Source: Sphagnum compactum (lineage: Eukaryota). Taken from it: a stretch of 64,000 bases of DNA. The stretch spans positions 9,414,213 through 9,478,212 of the forward strand of contig OZ234493.1 of the NCBI GenBank assembly GCA_965153455.1. Reading direction: 5' to 3'. Numbering within the stretch: position 1 is the stretch's first letter; each line of letters starts with the position of its first letter. Shown in pieces: positions 1-12,789 of the stretch. The notes beneath the pieces were generated by a model, which saw only the letters and a program-made list of their open reading frames with translations, was not told where the DNA came from and ran no database searches. The position numbers and the translations under genes are program-made.

Positions 1-230
1 CCACACTTGCATGGTGGCATAGCCTATCACATTCATCTACAAAGCTCCCATTTCCAGCATTTCCTATCTCTGCTCTCTTTGGAGCTTCCTATTTCTATCA
101 AAGACAGTGTTCCCATGTACACCCATACAAATCCCATTTTTCTTGATTTCTGAGTCATCCCACACATTCCACATTCAGTCCATATCCTCAAGTGATCTGT
201 GAATGAAAAAAAATCAAGAATTTTACTTAC

Positions 231-3200
231 TGGTCCACTTATGGTTCCTGATGCCAACAGGTCGCCTGAACGTAGGTTGCAGCCATTTACTGTGTGGTGT
301 GCCAGCTGTTGAGACACTGTCCAGTACCTGCACAGGGAGAGAGAGAGAGCTTCTCCTGATTACTCTGCCGTAGTGAATGATTAGAGACACCCTCTAGCCC
401 TAAGAGTGAAGAGGGAGAGAATCACATCATGCTTCTAACTTCTGGACACTTTAGGGTTTAGGGTTTCTGATCCTCTGCAAATTTGGAAGTCACACCATAG
501 GAAAGATTCTCACAAGCCAGATCTTTAACAGGCTAATCTGCTGCTGGATTCTGGAATACCCATCACTTGGGATGATGGTCTTCAGAAATAAAAAATCGTT
601 AACACTTACAGATACTTGAAGTTGCTTCTGCAGACAACTGACGCTTTGGTCTCTCCCTCAGGTTGAATTGCCACCTGCACCACCATAGTAGATGAATAAT
701 ACCATAATGGTGAGATGCAACAAAGTGCATCAATCTCATTCCCCATGAGAATGCTCGTGGCTAAGCTGTGTTAAGAACCAAATGACCATGTATACCAACG
801 CTATCCACCCAAAGCACCAGATTAAAACAGGAGAACTGGAACCAGACAAAACATGAAGCTGAAGAAAAAGATTGGAATTCTGAGTGGCTCTGCAAAGAAA
901 GAAATACCTGTAGAGGAATATCATATGAGGTACGCTTGGTCTCTGCTAAATAAGGTAAGGGAGCTGGATCCTGCAGATAAAAAACATCATCATATGGCAG
1001 CTGCAGCACTGATTTCGACCCACCCCCATTAACAACCAACTAACTATCTCCACTGATTTGTGATGCCTTCCACCCACAACAAAACCAAGATACTAAAAGG
1101 AAAAGGCGAAGGGACTGACTTGGACAGGAGCTTCACAAATGAATGGCTCCAGGGCTTCCAAAGTCACAATCCATGGTGAAATTGTTGTCCCTGCAATTTA
1201 GAACATGTTTAGTCATCCTCTCACTCACCATGAAGACTCTGCTTAGTCATTCAATAGAACCCAAACCCTCAAAATGACAGTTCGGAGAATCTCTGCCCCT
1301 TTTTGTTACACTGATCATTTGTAGCTAAGGTTGATAAAATTGGTAAGCACCAGTGTTGTGCGGTTATTTGATTTTTAAATAACTGGCAGTTCTGGTTCTT
1401 TAAAGAATTCAGAATCAAAGAACCACCAATTCCAGTTTTTCAAGGCAAATCAAAATCAGAGAACCACCAGTTCTGTTATTTCAAAAACATCAAAGAACCA
1501 GCAGTTTTCATAAAGAACTGGCGGTTAGAAAGGCAGTTTTTTTTTATTTTCAAAAAAAATGAGAACCGAGTTTCTACACCAAAACCAGTTTTTTTATTTT
1601 TCTTTTTCACCCCACCAGGTAAGTGGGTATATACCCAGGTTGATGACCGGTGGGTATATGTAGCAGATTCTAATAACTGCACAACACTGGTAAGGACCTG
1701 CTTATCAAAGGCTTCCACTTTGTCTTCATTAGTGAACAGAATAACCACTAAATTACATTTCCCCCTCCCCCCCAAAAAGACCACTATAGCAAAGAATGGA
1801 GAGTGGAACCACCCAATGGAATTCCTTTCTGCACAGTGAATTAATTGCCTTTGCAGTTGGCAAATTGAGCAGTTTCATTAACAATGAAAGTATGGAAATG
1901 GATTCCATTTGTGATTAGAATGAAATTAAGTAAAATAAGGTGAGCAGCAGGAACACACCAAAGTTTTTGCCAAGAAAAGGACCGAGTGGCACTGTCTCCC
2001 ACTTTTGTATATCCCTTGCTGTCCCAGCACCATGCATTGATATGAAAGAAATTAGTGTGAGAAAAGTCAGTCGATGTGCAGTTATTCAGGTTCTGCAGTA
2101 CTGTCAATATTTGTGAAACCCATCGCCTTTTATTTGAAAGCCCAAAACCCAATCTCTGGAGACTATTGAAAAAAGCTATGTCCAGAAATTCTTGCCATTG
2201 TACTCCAATTTTGCAAAGTTCATTTCTTGTATATTTTATCATCTAAGGCAGAGACATCATCATTGTGAAACAGCTTATGCAAAGCTTCCAGAACATCATA
2301 GAGCTGCTACATAGAACTAGAATTGAAAGTGTAAAAAGTCCCATACCACTCCAGTCATTCATGAGGACAAAGCCAAAAATGTGGTCTGCAGCATTCTCAA
2401 CAGTAACAGGGCTCCCAAGCTCATTTCCTGGACCAATAAATATCGCCTGCAACAACACCCACTTCTTTAGGCCTTGAATGGAAATGTGCTTCTGCCAATG
2501 ACCCAGTGTATCAAGAACATTACAAAACATGTCAAAGTCCCATGTGATGATATCTTAACCTGCGAGGAAACCCTCATTACTAAGTAGTAAATTAGTTCAT
2601 TCCACCAAGAATTGTGCACAAATCAATTACAAGTTCTGCAGATCAAAGGGGACTGACCATTTCAAGTTCAAAGTCTAGAAGCCCAGAGGGCTTAAACCCA
2701 GGTGTTTTTTCCCCAGTGGGTGGCGTGGTCTGACCTCTGCAACATGTTGCAAATGAATTCTCTCAACATCATGCTTTGTCAACCAGACCCACTAGTTCAC
2801 TGCTGGTTGGAAGTATGGTAGAACTTTTGTCTTCTGAATTCAAATCTTGAGGTCTCAGAAAACATCAAAAAAGCATATGAATCACACAACTACCTGGGAC
2901 GGTGAATGTCTGTTCCTGAGATAACCACTGATGATGCCCTCCCATGATATGCTATTGGTATCTGCAACCTATTTGACCCCAATTGGAAATCAGCGATGCA
3001 ATGTTTGTGAGCGCTCAAGAGCCTTGGAAGACAATGAAGTAGGGTCCTTTCCCCTGTGCCATGGACAGAGCTCAGGAACTCCAAAGGCTTGCAGAGTATG
3101 TAAAGCTGGAGTGTTGAAGTACCAGTTGGCAGGAAGGGCGTTTTCTGGGCCTCGAAAGATAGTCCCGGTATTAGTGGCATGCTCCTTGGATGAAAAGAAA

Positions 3201-4471
3201 TCTGTGTAGTCCCCAATCGCTGCAGGGACCTCCATCTTCACTTCACTCTGCTCACAATCAAACAAGAAAAAAGTTTTCAGCTCCGGTAGTAGTAACCCAT
3301 AGACAGAAGGGATACTGTATTGAATCAGATTTATCAAGCTGTCACAAATGGCAGCTCAAACAATCTTCTCAAGAACCCATGCAAAGTCAGATGAGAAATC
3401 AGAATTCGGGAGTAACCCAAGATGCTAGAAACACATCAATTTGTGAAGAAGGCTCATAGTAAGAAACTTGACCATTGGGAAAAAGGCCTTGGCCCTCAGA
3501 GGTGCATTGTCCCGCAGTGTTGGCTCATCCGCTGCATTACAAGGAAAGATCAAATTGCAGATAATACATATTTATACCAATTAAGGGTTTTTTTGGTTGC
3601 ATTCAGTTATGTGGAACTACTACACTTCACCTGTAACTGAGGGGGAGCAAGTCTTGGAAGAGGTTTTAGACTGCAGCAAATATCACCCAAATGCAGCAGA
3701 TGAATCAAAAAATCTCAGGTGCGCACACCTGAAAGAAGCTTTTGAAGGGTTTCTCGTGCCTCTTTCCAAGCTGGTCTTCCCAGTGCCATGAATGCATTTA
3801 GCGAGGTCTGCCAATGACCCAAAAGACGGAAGGATGAACAACACTCATCCGTCCACACTTTCAGACAACATACAAGAAGCGGCAGGTAACTTTCTGAGTC
3901 AAACATTCAATTGTGGGAAGCCTTATATACACCACTGAAACCACCAACAGTAAACCCATTGACACAAACCCATTATCTCTCTCCCTCTCAAATGTTCTGA
4001 AGTCTTTGTTTGCAAAATGCCAATTCTAACCAATAAGTGGACACTTGAGAGCCATGAATTGATGATGTGCTCGCAAGAATCTGAATGAGAATCTGATGAT
4101 TTCAATTCTGTTAGACCATGGCGTTCTTTCACACCATCACAATCAACCCAAAAAATCATGTAATCTTAAACTCCCATTAATGGGTTTTTGTGTATGACAC
4201 ACACAATGATGGAGAGAGAGAGACAGAGAGAGAGTAAGAAAAAATGTAAGAAAGTAAGTACCTGAGAGAAGCAGGTAGATGAGGAGAGCGAAGGGCCATT
4301 GAACAATCCAGCTGCAGCTATGACTGACAGGTCCAAAACAAGGTCCCCAATTGCCACTCCGGGTCTTGGATCTCCTCCTTCACTAGGTCTGAACACACCG
4401 TATGGTAAATTCTCCAAAGGAAAGTGGTTTCCAGAACCCACTTCCACAAATGATTTTGCTGGACTAGCCAT
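231..4471 (-). CDS. FAH: Fumarylacetoacetase (fumarylacetoacetate hydrolase), 12 coding exons in window; 3' end lies beyond position 1
   Basis: Hand-spliced GT-AG exons: 4262-4471, 3729-3807, 3473-3531, 3123-3247, 2894-2968, 2658-2736, 2347-2446, 1959-2018, 1120-1190, 908-970, 610-674, 231-327. Phases are consistent. Translation [11 protein letters not shown]...[11 protein letters not shown]...[10 protein letters not shown]...[10 protein letters not shown]...LDFELEM...[14 protein letters not shown]...PLGPFLGK...[10 protein letters not shown]...[27 protein letters not shown] matches the FAH family. The expected final part (GCLLELTW...) is not in the window. Confidence 0.97.
1351..1689. mobile_element. 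hAT-like MITE in FAH intron 8
   Basis: 18-bp TIRs with 17/18 match (CAGTGTTGTGCGGTTATT / AATAACTGCACAACACTG). 8-bp flanking duplication GTAAGCAC (1343-1350) vs GTAAGGAC (1690-1697). Confidence 0.85.
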
Positions 4472-5127
4472 CACTGAAATAACCCAACCCCACCAACCCA
4501 CCAACCAACCAGTCAGCCAGCACCCAAAACCCAAACTTCCCCAAAAAAACCCTCCAAAATGGGATGGGAGCCGCACGCACTACCTAGTGCACAACGAATT
4601 CTAGTCTCCAACAACAAAAACAACAAAATGGGTGGTTAAATTCCTTCCCAAAATCCCAAACCTCAAAACCTAAGTACTGTGCATCAAAACCCAAGTAATG
4701 GGCATCAAAATCTCAAAACCCAAAACAAAGCTAAAATTCAAATCACCAAGACCTGGTGGTACTCCTGGCACCTCCAAGAAATGAATCCAAGTATGTTTGT
4801 GGAAGGATTTGAAACTATGAAACTTGGGAGGCGGAAGAAAAAGGATTACTGCTGCTGCTCTTAACTCCTACTAGTGCTGATTTACCTATTTATTGCAGCA
4901 GCTCCAGAGAAAGGGGAAATTTTGGTACGAAGAAGGTTTTGGGTTCTCGCGCAAAGAATGTGCATTGCAGAAATGATTGTCTTTATTGATTGTTGTTGTT
5001 GCTGATGATGGGTCCCCTCCCTTTCCCTTTCCACACTCTTTGTGGGTGGGTTCTCTAATGCAGAATCATAGTCAAAAAGTTGATTTAAACATGAGTAGTA
5101 GCAGTTTCTGCCATGCCTGCTGACCAA

Positions 5128-5438
5128 ACACTAAGCCATCACTAAACCCTAGCTATAGCTGGTAATGATGAGGATTTAGGGTTTAGTGTTTAGGGTTAAT
5201 GGTCTTGATGGACTTTTCAAAAACCAAATCCATCACTCAATCTTTGCTAGTGTTTATGAGTAGGATTTAGGGTTTAGTGTTTAAGCGGTTATGGACTTCA
5301 TGGATTCTCCAAACACTAACCTTCGTGGACTTCATGGAATTTTCAAACACTAACCCCATCACTAACCCTAGTTAGTAATGAGGAGGATTTAGGGTTTACT
5401 ATAGGGTTTTTGGATTCATGAACTTTTTCAAACACTAA
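5128..5438. repeat. Degenerate tandem repeat rich in telomere-like TTTAGGG/AAACCCTA motifs
   Basis: Recurring AAACACTAA...CCATCACTAA(A)CCCTAG...GAGGATTTAGGGTTTAGTGTTTAGGG units, about 3 copies. The same family continues at 8106-8152 and 10330-10545. Confidence 0.75.
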
Positions 5439-5635
5439 GGACCCTATGTTAATAGCACTTTCTAATGGTGGTTGAAAAAAATCTTGACCCCATTGTCGAG
5501 CTTGCACCTCAAAATCAAGTGTTGAGTTTTCAAATTTCTTTCTTTGACTCTGGAATTCAGATAGATATCAAGACCGTAGACTTTGCTAGGAAGTGGAATT
5601 CACATAGATATCAAGACCATAGACTTTGCTAGGAA

Positions 5636-6480
5636 GTGTGTTTGTTAACATCAACAATCACTGATAATGTGCCACCCCCAAAAATTGACATCATCCACCA
5701 TCGTCGAAGCTCTAGAAAACACAATGAGCAAGAAAAAAAGGAAAAAAATATTGCCGATAAAAAACAATTATGTTATTCCTTTTGCACATTTTTCAAGACT
5801 CAATCACAAGGAATGAGCAAAAAAAGCACAACATTTTGGGACAAAGTTGATGATCACTACAACAAACATCACCTAACAACACGTGCGAAGAGGATAACAA
5901 GGTCGCTTGAAACAAAGTTAAGCACAATGTGAGCAAATGTGGAAAAGTGTAGTGTTGTTCAAACATTGTGCGAAAGTGGAACTAATGGAGATGACATTTT
6001 GAAAAACAATTAGAATTCTACAAAAACAAGCACCCACGAACACAAAACTTCACCTATCTACATTACTAGTCAATTTTGAAAGACATACCTTGTTGGGGTG
6101 ACGCACATGAAGACACAAAAAAAACTACACCCATGAAACACAAGTCTAATAATTTTCAGCTCAAATTTTTTTAGTTGATCAAATTGAACTAGAAACTTTG
6201 GACATTGGGCTTCTAATGAATGCTTTAGCAAAACATCTAACAAATTGCAAGGTGAGCGAAAAGGTTGAAAAAATGGCCAAGTTGAGAGAGATGGTGGCCT
6301 AATACAAACAAAGGTGACAACAGACATGGCTATTACCATGTTGAAAAAAAACACCATCTTAGAATATCAAAGTGCAATGGCATTTTTCACCTTGCCTAAA
6401 GATTTGTTGGTGACAACAAAAATTTGGGAGTACTTCACGTTTTGACGACATAAATAATCAAAATTCGATCATGGGTGAAT
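5636..6480 (+). pseudogene. Harbinger Myb/SANT-like accessory protein remnant
   Basis: KQLCYSF...QGMSKKSTTFWDKVDDHYN...RITRSLETK resembles the E.QLC.SW...GN.QK..TFW.RI...YN...R..RSLE.KW pattern of plant Harbinger ORFs. It carries stops and frameshifts; the end coordinate is approximate. Confidence 0.7.
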
Positions 6481-6694
6481 GTTGTTCCGAGTCTTCTCAT
6501 CAATTTTTTCAATTGCACAACTTGCAACACCCAAAGCATCTCCTCCAACCAACATAATTGACTATCCACAAGTAGATATAAATTGTATAGTTGTGGAATA
6601 TGAAAATGTTGCCAAATGGAGCAATGTTTGATTAGAAATAAAGGTAAGTAGGAGCAAAATTTGTATCATCATTACACCTCACTATTGCCTTTCA

Positions 6695-7850
6695 AAGCTA
6701 CAAATGTTTAATTAAGTCATTGTGCAATCTATAATGAGCATTTGCATTTTCAACATCTCTACCACCATGTGTATATTTGTTAACTGTAAGGTCACGCCTA
6801 ATGGGAATGGTAATAACATCAAAGTAATCTTCCAACCTTGCATTATCTTTATATTTTATGATCACGTTGTGCATGATCACACATGATACAAAATGTTAAC
6901 AACAACATTTCTAATTTCATTGTATGCACGGGTTTTGAACAATTGCACACCTACTTTGAAAAACCCCAAAATTGTGTTCTACATCCTTGCGCACTACCTC
7001 TTATCATTGAGTTTTTCACTTTGAAGTTCATGCACAATTTGCACAAAAACCAACCATCATGGATAGATGCCATCAACAAAATAATATTTTGGGTAGCAAT
7101 TTCCATTCACCTAAAATTCAAGGTTGACATTTGCACCACGCAACAAACCAATTGAGACCTATTCAAGACATTCAGATCATTATTGCCACCTAGTAAACCA
7201 AAATGAACATGCCAAAACCAAAGACATTTATCTATAATTGCTTTTAGGATTATATAATCATTCTTATCTTTGTTAATAAACTAAAATTGTCAAGTAGTTG
7301 AACAATTTTTTCATTTATAATGCATGTAATTAAAGGAAACGAACATCTTTACAAACCCTATCATTGCGTTCATTTCAAGTTGTCAGTCGAGATTAACTTG
7401 AATTGGTTGTCACAAATAAATTGGTTCAAACATTTACTGCATTGCTCTCACAAATCGCTTTGGGCTTTCCATGGTTGTGATTTCTCCCATGCAACAGTAC
7501 TCATCCAATGCATCAGCTTCAACACCATATATAAGCTAACATTGGAATAGTTGTATTGCATTTTTGCAAAGTTGATAACCCCATGGCATTGCAAGCATTT
7601 TGTTGTTGCACAAAATAAGAATCACATTCACTCATAGCAACGAAAATTCAAAAAAATAAAGAGCTTTTCATCCTGTAACAACGACAAAATTGTTGATCAT
7701 CATAGGTCGAGATCTCACAAAAATAATTACAAATGATGTGTTCTTCACCAAGCTGTTGATGTTGCAATGTGTTTGTCAAGAATCCATCGTTTTCTTCATC
7801 TTCAAAGACATTTGATTATAACCGATCCACTAATCGTGTATGTAATTATT
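6695..7850 (-). pseudogene. Harbinger (HARBI1/ALP1-like, DDE_Tnp_4) transposase remnant
   Basis: C-terminal IMHNVII...AHYRLHNDLIKHL* matches the plant PIF transposase ILHNMII...H..LR.DLIEHLW motif. The upstream part is degraded and the start is approximate. Confidence 0.75.
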
Positions 7851-8154
7851 CCACGATGCTTGTAAATGACAATCTGATCCACTTGCCCTTGCAAATACAT
7901 TTGAAGAAGAGGATCAAAAGCTACCAAAATCATGCCGATGATTAAAGCGTAGGGAGAAAAAATCAAGGTGCAAGAAGAAAAAATCAATGAAATGTAGGTG
8001 TAGGTGACGACACAAGATAGGCAATGCATGTATAAATACCCTCCATTAGCCCTTGGAAGATTAAGGTACATGGATTTGTATATGGTTTCAACATTGGAGA
8101 TGCCTTAACCCCATCATCAAACTCTAGCTATATAGTGGCAATGAAAAGGACTTA

Positions 8155-9170
8155 AAAAGCAAATCCAAAGCTTGGGTGATCCACTCCAAAGCTTCACCCA
8201 TAAACAATTGACCTTCTCCTATTCATCAAATGAGGTGCCTCCCAAGTTCTATTTTTTTATTTTTTTTGGTTGCAATGAGCCAATTTGATTGGCCCATCAA
8301 TAATAATAATAATAAACGACATGATGGAAGCTCCCCCAAAATAAAAGGTTCTATTTTGAAGTACATATTTCCAAAGGACGACAACATTTGCCAATGCATA
8401 TGGGATAAAAGTGAGGTGCTATTGGGAACTCTTCGAGGAACATGTCAGGAACTTGGGAACTCTTTGCTTTGACAAAAAAAAAATTACCCCCCTACCCCCC
8501 CCCCCTCCCCCCCACCGCCATAATAGAAAAGAATAAAAAGCTTGCACGGAAAGTCGAGTGTCCACAATATTTTGTGTGGAGAGTGGACGTTTTTTCCATA
8601 AACTTTTTTTTTTTCAAATCTATTTGTCGCCATTTTTGGCCTGGGCCGTGGTACATACCATAGTGTTGTGCTTCTATTAATTAGTGAGGGGGTTGTGCCC
8701 ACAGTTTTTTTTTCTTTTCTTTTCTTTTTTTTTTCTCAGAAGGAGCCCATTTGATTGGCCCATCACCAATATTTTTGGGCACATGGGGGTCAGTACCCAA
8801 CATAGAAGCCAATATGGATGCTTCCCTCGCCAAAATTAAAGCATGTTTTTATCATGCTTGCCTTTAGCCCTCCCTTTAACAAAGCATTTTTCTGTCGTGC
8901 TTGTTTTTGGCCCTCCCTTTAAAACTTATGTTCACGGAAATTGAACCATGGTCAAACAATAGGGGATAAAAAATGATGTGCTATTGGGAACTTCTTATGG
9001 AACACATTAGGAACAAAAATAAATAATAAATCCCCCTCTTCCCCAACACACCCCCCCCCCCCCCCCCCCAAATAAGCCCCCTTTAGCCTTCTCATTGGCT
9101 AAATGAAATTTTCTATTTCCAAAACAATTCATCACCATTTCAACCTGGACTAGTGGACCCATTATAGTAA
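8155..9170. mobile_element. Dispersed non-autonomous repeat (unclassified, composite)
   Basis: Internal repeats of GAGCC(C/A)ATTTGATTGGCCCATCA and GTGCTATTGGGAAC. Its 3' part recurs inverted at about 31845-31915, and a middle part at about 59400-59490. Confidence 0.55.
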
Positions 9171-9175
9171 ACAAT

Positions 9176-9765
9176 CTCCAACAATATTTTTCACATCCAA
9201 GATTACTTGTTTAATTGGCTCTCAAGCCTCACCCATAGACATAAAATTGGTAGTTAAGAGCCCTCCAACAATATTTCTCACATCCAAGAATACGTAAATT
9301 TAATTATTTCCCAAGCCTGACCCATAAACACAAAACTAGTATTTAAGCCTTCAACCCATATTTCTCACATCCAACGTTATTTATTTAAATGTTTTCCAAT
9401 CCCCACCCATAACCATGAAACTAATATTTAAACCTCCAACAACATTTCTCATATCCAAGGTAACACATTTAATTGTTTCCCAAGCCCCGCCAAATAAACA
9501 TGAAACTAATATTTAAACCTCCTACAATATTTCTCGTATCCAAGATAACACATTTAATTGTTTCCCAAGCCCCACCAAATAAACATGAAACTAATATTTA
9601 AGCCTTCAACAATATTTCTCACATACATCCAAGAGTACTTATTTAATTGTTTCCCAAGCCGCCCATAAACATGAAACTAAAATTTAAACCTTCACCAATA
9701 TTTCTCGCATCCAAGATTACTTATTTAATTATTTCCCAAGCCCCACCCATGAACATAAAACTGAG
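9176..9765. repeat. Minisatellite, ~85-bp unit x7
   Basis: Units resembling CTCCAACAATATTTCTCACATCCAAG...TTTAATTGTTTCCCAAGCCCCACCCATAAACATGAAACTAATATTTAAAC start at about 9176, 9263, 9348, 9433, 9518, 9604 and 9690. Confidence 0.9.
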
Positions 9766-10329
9766 ATTATAAAAGGTGGGAGACTTCTAATAGCAAACCA
9801 CTTGGATGAATCTATCATACATATATGGCCAATCAAGAGTAAGTGTTGAATTGTGCAATGGGTTTTTGCCCACCTCAGTACCCCATGGAAAAATGATGGC
9901 CCAAAGCCCATTTATTGAGTGAAACCAATTAAGTTTCTCGCATCCAAGTTTACTTTTTTGCAACCCCACCCAAAAAATTGAGGTGGGGACTGCAAATAGG
10001 TGGAAACTACTATCAGCAAACCACTTGGACTAATCATTATGATTGGCCAATCAGAAACAGGGAACATCAGTCAAATCATATTTATTACACTCTTCTCTAC
10101 CAAGTGCACAGCTTTGCTGGGCTTTATACCAGCCTCAGCAAACTGAGCACACATGCAGGAGAAGAACTATTGTCATGACCCAAACCGACATATGTTGACT
10201 TTTCTTCATCCAATTTTAATGTGAAGGGTCACATACCAAGCACCAGTGGGGATGCTCTTGTACTGACTTGAATTAACAAGTATGGGCAAATGTAATGTAA
10301 GGGGTTGTGTAGAGCACATATGTGGAGAG

Positions 10330-10545
10330 CCTCTTAGGGTTTAGTTATGTAGGGTCTATGGACTTTTCAAGCACTAATAATGCACCACTGAACCCTAGTT
10401 GGTAAGGAGGAGGAGGACTTAGAATGTAGTGTTTAGGGGTTATGCAATTTATGAACCTTTCAACACTAACCCATCACGGAACCCTCACTATTTCCTAATG
10501 AGGAGGACTTAGGGTTTAATGTTTAGGGTTTATGAACTTTTGTAA
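10330..10545. repeat. Further copies of the telomere-motif tandem repeat
   Basis: TTAGGGTTTAG...GGACTTTTCAAGCACTAA...AACCCTAG...GAGGAGGACTTAGGGTTTAATGTTTAGGGTTTATGAAC; same family as 5128-5438. Confidence 0.7.
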
Positions 10546-11932
10546 ACTTTTAATGTGTCTCTTCCCGGAGGAGTAAAAATTGACCTATATAGTATAATTT
10601 GGATGAAAGTATATAATGTGGAATTATATAATAGCAATTAAATCATGTGAAAACTAGGTGTAAATTTGCCTACAATATAGTGCAAAAAGGGACGTGATTA
10701 GTTTTAAATGGCCAACCAAAAACAGTCATTCCCAGGTGGTGACATTTTAATAGTCTACCATTTTATACTTTTTCATGGACATGTTTTTGGGGGAATTATT
10801 AAGGCTCTTTGTTGGATGTGATGAATAGTAAACACTCATACAAGCCCAAATAAGGGGAGGTTGTGGGCGGGGTTTGTTTTTCCATTTTGTGAGTTAGTCA
10901 AATTGGCAATCATACATAAGATGATTTAGCCAGATTTGATGATAAGAAAAGATGAAAATTATTATTTTTAAAAACAAAATCTAGCATCCTTTTCTATTTT
11001 ATTTTGCTACCTATCGGAACTTAGGAATAAATCTTGAGGACTTTTTTTAATTGATTTTTTCGAAATTTGATGAGTAAAAAACTCAGAAAATGCGAATTTG
11101 TCGTCAATTTTTTTAACTAAAAAACACCATTTGGTAAATCATCCCTCCCCCCAAAAGTTGTTTGTGAGCGGAGATGTTTTTAAGGTTTTAACAATTAGGG
11201 TTTATGGGGATTTCCTACGCTCAAAATGGATGGTCAAAGTTTGATCAACAAGCAAATATGGAATAGCAAAAAGACTACTACTATCCATGGCCTTATAAAC
11301 CATGGTATGGGATATTCCCATAACAATGTGTCAAGAGAATGTTTTTATGGCTAGGCATAAGGAACCCATGCTTTTCACAAATATTCCTTCTAACCAAGGG
11401 TCCAAGAGCAAAAAGCTCACCTTGCCATAGGAATATTCCAAAACCTTGAAGCTTTTGCCATGAGGACCTTTGATTATGAAGAATAGTTTCAAAAGCTCGG
11501 GTTATTTGACCCTTGGTAATAGAATATTCCCATTACCATCAAGGGCTTCTCTTCAAATTCCTCGAGTAGGTTTACTAGCAAGGATCCCTAACATCAATTA
11601 GGGTTAAATGATGATCGTCCTAGGTGTGCCATAACATTTTTATAAAAGTGTTAGTACAAGTGGGGACCTAGGAAATGCATGGGTCTAGATGTGGCTAATT
11701 TAATTATTTTTATTTCTAATAATTGTGGAAAATCTTTAAAAAACACAGATTCTTCATTTTTTTTCATTTAAAAAAAAAACAAATGCATCTAGGTATGAAA
11801 ATTCACCAAAAAGAAAAAAATGATTTCCATGGTCAAAATATGTCATACCATGTTTTATGGTCAATGGTAATAAAACATTTCCTATTCCATAGCCAAAATT
11901 GGTTCCTCCCACGTTTTGTGTAACGTAAAGTT

Positions 11933-12318
11933 GGCATTTCAACAATAAGGGCTGAATTGAATCGCCATTTTCCCATATCTATAATAACCCTCATGTAGGG
12001 ACTTTACTCATCATAAAGCATGAGGTGAGCATTATAATGAACCTAAAAATATATAGATAGCAAAACATAAAAGGAAGGTTGTTTAGTTTACTCCTTAAGG
12101 GTGGGAAGGATCTTATGCCTATTTATTTTTCTCACTTAAACAATATGCATAAGAACCTTTCCCTTCCTATGCCTCATGATTTACAAATGTTTTTATCTTC
12201 ACAATAATGTTCACCTCATGATTTACAAGGGCTAAAACCCATAAGTGACGGACATTATCAAAACATAGAGTGAGGTTGAAAGACCATCTCATGTTAAGCC
12301 CCTTATTTTTGGAATGCC
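11933..12318. mobile_element. Fold-back MITE with long degenerate inverted arms (Mutator-like?)
   Basis: GGCATTTCAACAATAAGGGCT pairs with AGCCCCTTATTTTTGGAATGCC. The inner TAAAGCATGAGGTGAGCATTAT pairs with ATAATGTTCACCTCATGATTTA. No clear TSD. Confidence 0.6.
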
Positions 12319-12789
12319 CCAAAGGGGCACCCTAATCATGTTACCTTTGTAAAATGAAAAGAACAAAAGGTCCATTCACATATCTAAAAACATCGCCAAT
12401 AGCAAGTGGTAAACCACCTTGCGTTGAAAATCTTATATAAGGTGTAGTAGTCGCATTTGATCAACCCACTAGAAAATTGTTGTGGGCTAAGTCATGCACA
12501 TCTTCTTGGGGCCCAAAAGAACCTTGAAAAAAGTTTAATAAACGAAATTTAATTGTTACTCCTTGTTTTTTTTTATTGATCAATCATAGTGATTGGATTA
12601 GGTGATTTCACATTAGCAATCTCCCATTGTTTCCGATCCCAATTTTCAAGTTTATTGGATGTGAAAGACATAGTTGGTGACCCACATGCCAAGAATGGGT
12701 GTAGATCTTTTAAGGACGATGTCAAGTTGTACCAACATCCATCAATTCGCACCCTCATCACAACAAAAATTTAAAAAACATATTGATAA

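Larger units (their letters stand above)
5439..8105. mobile_element. Decayed PIF/Harbinger DNA transposon with two convergent genes
   Basis: Plus-strand Myb/SANT-like ORF remnant and minus-strand HARBI1-like transposase remnant. The right end reads AGGCATCTCCAATGTTG on the minus strand; the left end is degenerate. The element interrupts a repeat unit at AACACTAA|...|TAACCCCATC, giving a TAA (or TA) duplication. Confidence 0.8.

Noticed and set aside
33-230. ORF continuation after GTISGP
   Set aside because: It reads through a GTAAGT donor at 230 and has no FAH similarity, so it is intronic.
451-466. TTAGGGTTTAGGGTTT telomere repeat in an FAH intron
   Set aside because: Only about two units; too short to call an interstitial telomere.
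1990-2001. FAH reads WETV where WEYV is common
   Set aside because: I recall Thr at this site in some other plant FAHs and cannot verify novelty without an alignment. The other catalytic motifs are intact.
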